DNA of 64,000 bases from Candidatus Parcubacteria bacterium (GTDB taxonomy: Bacteria; Patescibacteriota; Minisyncoccia; UBA6257; 2-01-FULL-56-20): assembly GCA_027355945.1 (NCBI GenBank), contig DAIEHA010000004.1, forward strand, positions 4,449-68,448, in the 5' to 3' direction. The notes below the pieces were generated by a model. The model saw only the letters and a program-made list of their open reading frames with translations. It searched no databases and was not told where the DNA came from. The translations under genes were made by a program, and so were the position numbers. Numbering within the stretch: position 1 is the first letter of the stretch; each line of letters begins with the position of its first letter. Shown piece by piece: positions 34,959-43,374 of the stretch.

Positions 34959-36409
34959 CGGTGCGAGGCATCACAGTCCTTGCAGGAGCGTTCGCCGTGG
35001 CGGCGCTCTTTTCCATGCCCCGGCATGCTGCGGCGGCAACTCTCGATCTTTCTCCCGCCTCGGGGACCTATTCGGTGGGACAGCTCTTCGACGTGAGCGT
35101 CGATGTGTCCTCTCCCGATGCTGCGGTGAACGCGACCCAGGCGACGATCTCCTTTCCTCCCGGTACGGTGAACGTCGAGGGGGTGTCGGAGGACGGTTCG
35201 ATCGCGAATCTTTGGGTGCAGCAGCCCTCCTATTCGAACACTGCGGGAACGGTTTCTTTCGCTGCCGTGACGGTGAATCCCGGATTCACCGGTACGACGG
35301 GACATCTCATCACGATCACGTTCCGTGCGGAGGCCCCGGGCAACGCCGAAATCTCCTTTATTTCCGGGGCTGCACTTGCGAATGACGGCAAGGGTACGAA
35401 CATCCTTACCGCAATGAACGATGTCCAGGAGGCGATCACGGCATCGGGCGGGCCTTCCGCGTCAGCGGGCGCCCCGGGTGCGGGGCATCCGCTCGCCATC
35501 GCATCGGTCCCTGCGGTGAACGGACAGGATTGGTACGGCCTCAATTCGATAGTCTTCTCGTGGGACCTTCCTTCGGGTACCACCGGCGTGAACTATGCCA
35601 TATCGAACGACCCTGGATATCAGCTCATGCAGCGACCCCGCGTTCCCGTCTCGCACGTGACGTACGATCTCAGCACTCTTACGGATGGCGTCTGGTACTT
35701 CTATGTGAGCATCGATCGCGGCGGATCCTGGTCGCCGGTCGCGGAGCGCATCCTCCGCCTTGATCGGACACCCCCGGATCCCTTTGTCATCGTGCAGCAG
35801 AACGCGGGTCCCTCCGGCGCATCGTCGCAGCCCGTGTTCCAATGGGTGGCCACCGATAATATGTCCGGGATCGCGTATTACCGCGCGAAGATAGGCGACG
35901 GCGCCTGGTTCGACCCCTCGTCCATCGAGCGGGACGGGCTTTATGTGCTCCCTCCGCAATCGCCGACGTTCTCCCGGACGCTCACCGTACGGGCATATGA
36001 CAATGCCGGCAATTACCGCGAGGAACACGCCGTGTTCTCCGTGCTTCCCGTCGGATGTGCAGGGAACGCAGCGTGGTGCTCGATCGTCATCTTTTCGGAG
36101 TGGAACTGGTGGTGGATGGCCCTCATCCTCCTCGCCCTCTATCTCGCCGTGCGGCGCATCGCGGTCCTCAAAAGGAACATGAAGGACGAGTTCGCCCGAT
36201 TCGGCGATGCACTCGAACGCGATCTCCGGAACATGACGGCGGATGGGGATGGCGGCAAGGAACGGGGCGGCAAGGAACACGGCGGGGATGCCGGGAACAC
36301 CGGCGACACCGGGAACACCACGAACGCCGGCGGCAAAGAACATGAGAATGCCGCGGACAAGGTCCGCGATCGTGTGCGCGAAGAGATGGATGCGATCGAT
36401 CGCCTATAG
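34931..36409 (+). CDS. Cohesin-like domain protein with a C-terminal TM anchor and charged cytoplasmic tail
   Basis: Start uncertain (ATG 34931 overlapping the previous gene, or TTG ~34955); signal …AVAALFSMPRHAAAA. Cohesin-like segment TGHLITITFRAEAPGNAEISFISGAALANDGKG; TPPDPF…RAYDNAGN module. C-terminal TM WWWMALILLALYLAV, then a K/E/G-rich tail. Confidence 0.65.
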   Translation: MDVDTKKALTVRGITVLAGAFAVAALFSMPRHAAAATLDLSPASGTYSVGQLFDVSVDVSSPDAAVNATQATISFPPGTVNVEGVSEDGSIANLWVQQPSYSNTAGTVSFAAVTVNPGFTGTTGHLITITFRAEAPGNAEISFISGAALANDGKGTNILTAMNDVQEAITASGGPSASAGAPGAGHPLAIASVPAVNGQDWYGLNSIVFSWDLPSGTTGVNYAISNDPGYQLMQRPRVPVSHVTYDLSTLTDGVWYFYVSIDRGGSWSPVAERILRLDRTPPDPFVIVQQNAGPSGASSQPVFQWVATDNMSGIAYYRAKIGDGAWFDPSSIERDGLYVLPPQSPTFSRTLTVRAYDNAGNYREEHAVFSVLPVGCAGNAAWCSIVIFSEWNWWWMALILLALYLAVRRIAVLKRNMKDEFARFGDALERDLRNMTADGDGGKERGGKEHGGDAGNTGDTGNTTNAGGKEHENAADKVRDRVREEMDAIDRL

Positions 36410-37246
36410 GTCCCGGGGCCGTTCGCCCTCCTTCTGGATCCTTGTGATGCGCAATGCGCCGTGATCGCCGCGTGCCGCGGCGAGGATCTTCATCCTTATC
36501 CCGTCCCGCATCGTCCAGCAACCTGGTTCAGGGGAGAAGGCATTGACCATATGGAGGATGTGCGTCGCCTTTTCCACGTTGCCCGCCGTTGCGGCGTCGA
36601 GGTCCGCTGCATCGACGAACGCATCGGCGGAAGAGAACTTCTTTGTGAACGTGGCGGCGTCATGGTCCTGGGGATGCGCGGCCGCGGTGCCGGCCATGAA
36701 TGCCGGAAGCGTCTCCGCGAGCAGGTTCCCGCAAAGCGTGGCAAGCCGTTCTTCGAGGATCGTGTACGTTTCCGTATCGGGATCGAGGGGAACGGTCCTC
36801 TCCGCGAGCACGGGACCATGGTCCATCTTCGCATCCATGAGATAGATCGTACCCCCGGTCTCGCGTTCGCCTGCGAGGATCGCCGACTGCAGAGGCGATG
36901 CGCCGCGATAGTGAGGAAGGAGCGAGGGATGGACGCCAAGCGTGCCGAGGCGGGGGATGTTGAGCACCGCCTGCGGGATTATCTTTGCATACGCGGCGAC
37001 GACGAAGGCATCCGGCGCAAGGGCGCGGAGCGATGCGATCAGTCCATCATCGAATGATCCGGGCTGCAGCACCGCGATGCCATGCTCCTCGGCCCGCAGC
37101 TTCACGGGGGGCGCGGTAATGACCTTCTTGCGCCCTGCGGGGCGGTCGGGATTGCAGATCACCGCGGCAGGAGGCATTCCGGCATCGATCATCTTTTGAA
37201 GGACGAGCGATGCGAATCGCGGCGTACCGAAGAAAATGTAGTTCAT
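36404..37246 (-). CDS. fmt: Methionyl-tRNA formyltransferase
   Basis: ORF track 36404..37360 trimmed to ATG 37246 (MNYIFFGTPRFA…); SLLP…HYRGASP motif; C-terminal domain; overlaps the convergent upstream gene end by 6 nt. Confidence 0.9.
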   Translation of the reverse strand: MNYIFFGTPRFASLVLQKMIDAGMPPAAVICNPDRPAGRKKVITAPPVKLRAEEHGIAVLQPGSFDDGLIASLRALAPDAFVVAAYAKIIPQAVLNIPRLGTLGVHPSLLPHYRGASPLQSAILAGERETGGTIYLMDAKMDHGPVLAERTVPLDPDTETYTILEERLATLCGNLLAETLPAFMAGTAAAHPQDHDAATFTKKFSSADAFVDAADLDAATAGNVEKATHILHMVNAFSPEPGCWTMRDGIRMKILAAARGDHGALRITRIQKEGERPRDL

Positions 37247-37268
37247 CGGGCCGGCATCATATCGTTTC

Positions 37269-37781
37269 TCATGACGTTTCCTCGTCGTGCACTTCTTTCG
37301 CACGGTCGATGAACACCATTCCATCCAAGTGGTCGCATTCGTGCTGGAACACGCGCGCAAGAAGCCCCCATGCTTTGATCTTCAGCGGTTTGCCGTTCTT
37401 ATCCTGGCCTTTCAGCGTGAGCTGTTGCGCCCGGGCCACATCGCCGAACTTTCCCGGGATGCTCAAGCATCCCTCCTCGGAGGTGGCGGTCTCATCGCTC
37501 ATCTTTTCAAGCTCAGGATTGAATACCGCATAGAATTTGAGGCCGCCGTGCGCATCGGGGACCTCCGCCACGAACATCCTGAGATCGAGCCCGATCTGGT
37601 TTGCGGAAAGTCCTATGCCATTCGCTTCGCGCATGATGCGCCGCATCCGGGCCACGAGCTCCCGTATCTCCTTCGGGGTGAAATTCGAGAATACGAAGGC
37701 CTTCGTCCGCGCACGGAGGATCTTCGCTCCTTTCGGATCGGAAAGGAGGACCATTTCGGGAGGGGTGTGTGCCGCACTCAT
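37269..37781 (-). CDS. def: Peptide deformylase
   Basis: GIGLSANQIG, EGCLSIP, HECDHLDG metal-binding motifs; 22 nt upstream of fmt on the same strand. Confidence 0.9.
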   Translation of the reverse strand: MSAAHTPPEMVLLSDPKGAKILRARTKAFVFSNFTPKEIRELVARMRRIMREANGIGLSANQIGLDLRMFVAEVPDAHGGLKFYAVFNPELEKMSDETATSEEGCLSIPGKFGDVARAQQLTLKGQDKNGKPLKIKAWGLLARVFQHECDHLDGMVFIDRAKEVHDEETS

Positions 37782-37795
37782 GGGGATATTAAAGC

Positions 37796-38152
37796 TTATT
37801 TTCCCTTTCTTTGTCCATTGCGCTCCGTTGCTTCCTTCTTCTCGCCCCCTTCCGTTCCGCGGACGCGGGCAGTCGATTCCTGCGCGAGGATCGCCATGAA
37901 ATACGCTCCTTTGTTCTTCACCTCGCCGCGCGTAGCGACATCTTTTGCGAGCGCGAGAATCCGGTCCGTACCGCGTTCCTTGGCAAGTTTGATGTAGAGC
38001 GCCTTATGGCGTTCATCGCCGAGGATCTCTGATACCTCAAGGCCGATAAGCTGATATTTCCGGTATACGTGAGATTCCTTCCCTCGCCGCGTAAGTTCCT
38101 CCAGATATACCTCTTTGAGGCTTTTTCCCGTCTTTTTCGGCATTGCCTTCAT
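37796..38152 (-). CDS. Hypothetical K/E-rich protein, first gene of the def-fmt transcription unit
   Basis: 118 aa; 14 nt upstream of def; no recognisable motif. Confidence 0.55.
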   Translation of the reverse strand: MKAMPKKTGKSLKEVYLEELTRRGKESHVYRKYQLIGLEVSEILGDERHKALYIKLAKERGTDRILALAKDVATRGEVKNKGAYFMAILAQESTARVRGTEGGEKKEATERNGQRKGK

Positions 38153-38220
38153 TGTAACGCAAAACGATGAATATCCTATAAAAAGTGGAAAATGGGTGAT
38201 CCTTGCGTTATGATACGCAT

Positions 38221-39501
38221 ATGCTCGACATGAAGTTCATCCGCGAACACGCGGAGGAGGTGAAAGATGTGGCGCTGAGGAAGAATATGGACCCCGGCGT
38301 CATCGGCGAGCTCCTTGCGGTGGACGAGGAGCGTCGGATGCTCATGGCTGCCGCCGAGGCCATCCGCGCGGAACAGAAAAAGACGAAGGACCGCGAGACG
38401 GGTGCGGCACTCAAGGAACGGTTCAGAGAGCAGGAAGAAAAGCTTAAACCGGTGGAACAGAGGTTCGCCGAGCTCATGGCGCGTGTGCCGAATGTCATCT
38501 CCCCCGATACGCCGGCAGGGAAGAGCGATGCGGACAATAAGGATATCTTTCATTGGGGCGAGCCCCGCACGTTCGATTTCACGCCGAAGACCCACGTGGA
38601 GCTTGCCACGTCCCTCGATATCCTCGATTTCGATCGCGGTACGAAAGTGGGCGGCTTCCGGGGATATTATGTCAAAAATGACGGCGTGCTCCTTCAGATG
38701 GGCATCATGATGTATGCGCTCAACAAGCTTATGGAAAAGGGCTTTGCGCCCATGATCCCCCCGACCCTCGTCAAAGGGTTCCCGCTGTTCGGTTCGGGAT
38801 ATTTCAAAGGGACCTCCTACGACCCTGAGGTCGATGAGATCTACCAGGTGGCCACGTCCGACAAGGAGGCGACCGGGGAGAAGAGCAAGGACCAGAAGTT
38901 CCTCGTCGGTACGGCGGAACCTTCGCTGCTCGCCTATTATGCCGATGAAACGGTACCGGCGGAGAAGCTGCCGCTCAAACTGTGCGGGTACAGCCAATGC
39001 TATCGGAGCGAGATCGGGAGCTACAGCAAGGATGTGAAAGGCCTCTATCGCGTGCACGAGTTCATGAAAGTCGAGCAGGTGGTGCTTGCGCCGGCGGACA
39101 TCGAGGTCGCAAACGCGCTCCAAGATGAAATGACCGGCATTTCCGGCGAGATGCATGAGGAGCTCGGCCTGCCGTATCGCCGGCTTGCGATATGCTCCGG
39201 CGATATGAGCGCAGGAAAGTACCGCGCATTCGACATCGAAGCGTGGCTTCCCGGCATGAAGCGCTGGGCCGAGACCGGATCGGCGAGCAATTTCACCGAC
39301 TGGCAGTCGCGCCGCCTCAACGTCAAATACGTCGATCCGAAAACGGGCGAGCGCAGGTTCGTCTACATGCTCAACAATACCGCGCTGCCCTCGCCCCGCA
39401 TTTTCATCGCCATCCTCGAGAATTATCAAACGAAGGACGGGAAGGTGGAGGTGCCGGAGGTGCTTCGGAAATACGTGGGTAAAAAGGTCATCGGGGAATG
39501 A
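38221..39501 (+). CDS. serS: Seryl-tRNA synthetase
   Basis: ORF track 38203 trimmed to ATG 38221 (MLDMKFIRE…); N-terminal coiled coil; class II motifs (…FRGYYVKNDG…, GSASNFTDWQSRRL). Confidence 0.9.
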   Translation: MLDMKFIREHAEEVKDVALRKNMDPGVIGELLAVDEERRMLMAAAEAIRAEQKKTKDRETGAALKERFREQEEKLKPVEQRFAELMARVPNVISPDTPAGKSDADNKDIFHWGEPRTFDFTPKTHVELATSLDILDFDRGTKVGGFRGYYVKNDGVLLQMGIMMYALNKLMEKGFAPMIPPTLVKGFPLFGSGYFKGTSYDPEVDEIYQVATSDKEATGEKSKDQKFLVGTAEPSLLAYYADETVPAEKLPLKLCGYSQCYRSEIGSYSKDVKGLYRVHEFMKVEQVVLAPADIEVANALQDEMTGISGEMHEELGLPYRRLAICSGDMSAGKYRAFDIEAWLPGMKRWAETGSASNFTDWQSRRLNVKYVDPKTGERRFVYMLNNTALPSPRIFIAILENYQTKDGKVEVPEVLRKYVGKKVIGE

Positions 39502-39513
39502 TCGTCAGCCATC

Positions 39514-40350
39514 ATGCATCTTTTGAACGGTAAGCTCGTGAAGGAAGAGGACCTCGTCGTGTCCATCCGCGATCTCGGTTTCATGCGGGGTTTTGCGGTG
39601 TTCGATTTTCTCATCACCTACCGTGGCCAGCGGCCGTTCTATCTCGATCGGCACCTTGACCGGCTGTTCCGCTCTGCGGAGCTCATCGGGCTTGCAGTGC
39701 CGTGGGACAAGGCGCAGGTGCGCGCGTGGGTCATGGAGGCGCTTGCCGCGAACGCGGACGGGGAGGAGAAGGCGATCAAGATCGTCGTATCGGGAGGGCC
39801 TTCGCACACGCTTCTCCCTTCGGGGACGCCGACGATCGCGGTCATCATCGATCCGCGCTCGGCGCATCAGTTCCCCGATTCCTTCTATACGGAAGGCGTT
39901 GCCGTCATCACCGACAAGTTCCGCCGTTATATCCCCGAGGCGAAGTCCAACAACTATATCGAGGGCGTGAAGCAAGCGCAGACGGCGGCGCGCAGCGGCG
40001 CCATCGAGACGATCTATTACGACGATGCGCAGGTCTATGAAGGTTCCACGTCCAATGTGTTCGCGCTGGTGGACGGCGTGCTCGTGACGCCGAACGCGAA
40101 CATCCTCGGCGGCGTGACGCGCGGCGTGCTTCTTGAGATCCTCCCGCCCGCAGGCGTTCCGGTGGAGGCGCGCGACATCACGATCGCAGATCTCCGGGCC
40201 GCACGCGAGATATTCCTCGCCGCAAGCAACAAGGAGGTGATGCCCGTCACGCATATGGATGGCGTTCCGGTGGGGGACGGCGTCCCCGGTCCGGCGACGA
40301 AGGAGGCGATGAGGATATTCCGCGAGTTCACACGTTCGGAAAATTGGTAG
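39514..40350 (+). CDS. Class IV PLP-dependent aminotransferase (branched-chain / D-amino-acid aminotransferase family)
   Basis: 278 aa; family pattern …RGFAVFDFL…, E-x-S-x-S-N-VF, catalytic K region. Confidence 0.85.
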   Translation: MHLLNGKLVKEEDLVVSIRDLGFMRGFAVFDFLITYRGQRPFYLDRHLDRLFRSAELIGLAVPWDKAQVRAWVMEALAANADGEEKAIKIVVSGGPSHTLLPSGTPTIAVIIDPRSAHQFPDSFYTEGVAVITDKFRRYIPEAKSNNYIEGVKQAQTAARSGAIETIYYDDAQVYEGSTSNVFALVDGVLVTPNANILGGVTRGVLLEILPPAGVPVEARDITIADLRAAREIFLAASNKEVMPVTHMDGVPVGDGVPGPATKEAMRIFREFTRSENW

Positions 40351-40377
40351 AAGGGCACGGGGGCGTAGTAGAATAGA

Positions 40378-41268
40378 GTGGTGCAGATCGCCCCATATGT
40401 CTCAGAACATCGCAAACGGCGCCAAAAGACGCGGCGCTACGTGTTCGGTGCGCTCGCGCTCTTCGTGCTCTACCTCATCCTTCTCGGCGCGGTCCTGTTC
40501 CTCGTGCGCGGGCCGCTTTTCCGGGTGAACAAGGTGGTGGTGACGGGAGCCCCGGGCATTGCGGATGCCGACGTCATCGCGCTCGTCGAGGCGGATCCTT
40601 CGGGCCATTTCGCCACCGGGTGGACGGGTGCGGTCCTTGGATGGAGGAACATGCTTGCATGGCCCGGCGCAACGCCCTCTTCCACGCTCCTACTCGCCCC
40701 CGAACTTTCGCGCATCGATATCTCGAAGGATTATCTTTCGCATACCGTGACGATCGATGTCACCGAACGCCAGCCTTTCGGGATATGGTGCTTCATGCCG
40801 AAAGGGGCCGCGTCCTTTGCCGCATCCCCGTCCCCGTCCTCATCCTCGTCCCCATCCTTCACGCCCGCCGCGACCGCACAGGGACAGTGCTACTGGTTCG
40901 ATGATGCGGGCGTGCTCTTTGCGAAAGCGATGAACACGCAGGGGAACATTATTTTCGTGGTGAATGATTATTCCCAGTCCGACAGGGGTCTCGGTAGTAC
41001 CATCCTCCCTTCCGAGTTCGATACGAATTTCTTTTCCGTCATGGATGTGCTTCGCGCCGCCGGACTCGGCGTGAAGGAAATCGATCTCAAGGACCTTTCT
41101 CTCGAGGAGGTGGACGTCCAGACGACCGCGGGCCCCGTCATCGAGTTCAGTCTCCGATTTTCTGCGGCGGATTATCTTCCCGTATTGAAGCAGCTTGCCG
41201 CGCAGAGCGGGTTCGCGGCGCTGCAGTATATCGATTGCCGCACCCAGGACAGGATATTTTATAAGTGA
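40378..41268 (+). CDS. FtsQ/DivIB-like cell-division protein (TM + POTRA-like); low confidence
   Basis: GTG start; basic N-terminus; TM ALALFVLYLILLGAVLFLV; then FRVNKVVVTGAPGIADADVIALVE (POTRA-like). Confidence 0.45.
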   Translation: MVQIAPYVSEHRKRRQKTRRYVFGALALFVLYLILLGAVLFLVRGPLFRVNKVVVTGAPGIADADVIALVEADPSGHFATGWTGAVLGWRNMLAWPGATPSSTLLLAPELSRIDISKDYLSHTVTIDVTERQPFGIWCFMPKGAASFAASPSPSSSSSPSFTPAATAQGQCYWFDDAGVLFAKAMNTQGNIIFVVNDYSQSDRGLGSTILPSEFDTNFFSVMDVLRAAGLGVKEIDLKDLSLEEVDVQTTAGPVIEFSLRFSAADYLPVLKQLAAQSGFAALQYIDCRTQDRIFYK

Positions 41269-41314
41269 CCCCAAGGGACCGGTGGGGAGGTCCGGGAACG
41301 GTCCGTGGGGGATG

Positions 41315-43306
41315 CTAGAGATGGTATACGAAGAGAGAGGTCCCGATCCGGTAATCCGGCGGCGGAAGATCTCCCATATCGCCGCCGATGAGCGTACCCT
41401 TATCTCCCGACGCGGGACGGAGGGCGGTGAGCCATGCATATGTATCCGATGCGTTGCGGGACATTCCCGGCGCGAGCGGCTGCGTGGCGAGTTCGAGCGT
41501 GTTCACGGAGACGGCGAGCCAGTGGATGCCGTGATCCGCGGGATTTCCTTTGCGCGAGGACCAGTTCACCTCCCGGTTCCCGAGATAGTATGCAGGATTG
41601 CCTCCGCCGAAATAATCCACGCCGATGGTGTGGATCTCCGGATGGGCATCCACGAACGCCTGCAACCGCAGAAGGTCCTGCCCCCAATCGTAGTTGGAAT
41701 CCGTCACGAAATGATAGCCTCCCCACGTGCCTCCGCCGAGCTCGTTGAAATATGAAAGGAAGTATGGCGCAGTAAAGAGCACTTCGAGCGCGAACCAGGC
41801 GAGAAGCAGGACGAGGAAGGCGTATTTCGCGAGCGCAGTTCCCGCCGAGCGCGCCGCGGCGCCGATGCTCGAGAGGTCGAACCGCATGACCCACGAGCGC
41901 CATGCCCCTGCCGCGAGGATGAAGATGAGGGGGATCGTCGGCATGAGGTGCCGAATGCCGATGTTCAAAGGACTGTGCATGCTGTATCCCCAGTAGAGCG
42001 CGATGAACGATGCGAGCGAGAATTGCGTGAAATGGTCGTCGATGTATTCGCCGAACTGCCTGCACCACGCGCGGATGCGTCCGGTCCCTTCCGTCGTCGC
42101 ATCGCGCGCCCGTCGTCGCATCGCGCGGAGCGTCCACCATGCGGCAAGGAGGATCCCGATGAGCACGATGATGAGCGTGGGAAGCGGTTCCTTGAGGAGG
42201 AAGAGCGCGGGGAAATATATCCAGCCCCCCGTCTCCTGCACCTTGCCGAGGAAATAGATCGTGTTCCCGCCGTCCACGCGCTGCAGCACCATGAGGATGC
42301 CGAGCATGTATTGGGCGATGGGCCGCGTGACATAGTGCTGCGACATCGCGATATCGGCATCGGCGAGGCAGCGCATGCCATGGCAGATCTGGCCTGCGGG
42401 CCCCGGCCCGCCCGCGAACGATCCGAGGATCGCCTGCGTATCGGAGGCCTGTTTTGCGATCGGTTCGCCCGAGGTGAAGAGGAAATACACCGGATAGACG
42501 ATCACCGCATACCCGATGATGAATACGAGTGCCACCCTTCCCGCCCACCATCCGAACCGCCGCCAGAAGATACGCATGCGCCGCGCCCGCTCCGTCGTTC
42601 TCCAGGAGGGAAGCACGTCGCGCAGCCAGAGTACGATGCCGAGGAATATATAGAACGGTCCGAGAAGGGGAGCTGAGAATTTCGTGAGCTGGGCGATGCC
42701 GAACGCAAGTCCCGCATACCAGAGGTTCCTCCTCGAGGGATCGTCCACGAAGCGCAGGAAGAAGATGAGCGAAAGCACGATGCCGAACGCGGCACCCATA
42801 TCCGTCGTCACATAGTGGCCGTTCGCAAGCACTGCGGGATCGAGCCCGAAGAGGAATGCGGGGAGAAGCGCCCAGAGCGGCCCGAGCGTCCTCCGCGCGA
42901 GGAACCATACGAGGACGATCGCGAGAATCGCAAGGAGGATCGGCATGATGCGGCCCACTCTCACGATGGCGTTCGCGTCATTCCCGGAATTATAGAGGAA
43001 CTCGTATCCCATCGCCCATTCGCTGTTCACCTGGCTCGTCCAGGCGGGATTTGCGACGGGGAATGAGGGTCGCACGAAGAGCATCACGGGAAGCATCGCG
43101 AGCGCTTTCACAAGCGGAGGATGTTCCGGATTGAGGCGGTAATCGAGCATGCGCACATATCCGTAACCCGCGGGGATATGGGCCTGTTCGTCCATGATGG
43201 CGGAATCGGTCTGCGATGCCCATAGCATGAGGCCGAACGATGCGGCACAGATGATCGCGAGCGCAGCTACGGCCCATGCCGTCGTGAACTTCCGTAAGGT
43301 GTTCAT
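41315..43306 (-). CDS. GT-C glycosyltransferase of the GT39 / PMT-ArnT-like family (dolichyl/undecaprenyl-phosphate sugar-dependent)
   Basis: 663 aa polytopic membrane protein; N-terminal loop DE motif (IMDEQAHIPAGYGY) after TM1. Confidence 0.7.
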   Translation of the reverse strand: MNTLRKFTTAWAVAALAIICAASFGLMLWASQTDSAIMDEQAHIPAGYGYVRMLDYRLNPEHPPLVKALAMLPVMLFVRPSFPVANPAWTSQVNSEWAMGYEFLYNSGNDANAIVRVGRIMPILLAILAIVLVWFLARRTLGPLWALLPAFLFGLDPAVLANGHYVTTDMGAAFGIVLSLIFFLRFVDDPSRRNLWYAGLAFGIAQLTKFSAPLLGPFYIFLGIVLWLRDVLPSWRTTERARRMRIFWRRFGWWAGRVALVFIIGYAVIVYPVYFLFTSGEPIAKQASDTQAILGSFAGGPGPAGQICHGMRCLADADIAMSQHYVTRPIAQYMLGILMVLQRVDGGNTIYFLGKVQETGGWIYFPALFLLKEPLPTLIIVLIGILLAAWWTLRAMRRRARDATTEGTGRIRAWCRQFGEYIDDHFTQFSLASFIALYWGYSMHSPLNIGIRHLMPTIPLIFILAAGAWRSWVMRFDLSSIGAAARSAGTALAKYAFLVLLLAWFALEVLFTAPYFLSYFNELGGGTWGGYHFVTDSNYDWGQDLLRLQAFVDAHPEIHTIGVDYFGGGNPAYYLGNREVNWSSRKGNPADHGIHWLAVSVNTLELATQPLAPGMSRNASDTYAWLTALRPASGDKGTLIGGDMGDLPPPDYRIGTSLFVYHL

Positions 43307-43374
43307 ATGGAGACAGTATAGGGCCCGCAGGCCGAATAATCCATCGCTCCCGGAGCGTCCGACGGGATGCGGAT

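Noticed and set aside
41400-42908. 502-aa minus-strand ORF in an alternative frame of the GT39 gene
   Set aside because: Same strand but different frame from the 663-aa GT39 membrane protein; Arg-rich composition; a long open alternative frame is a high-GC artefact
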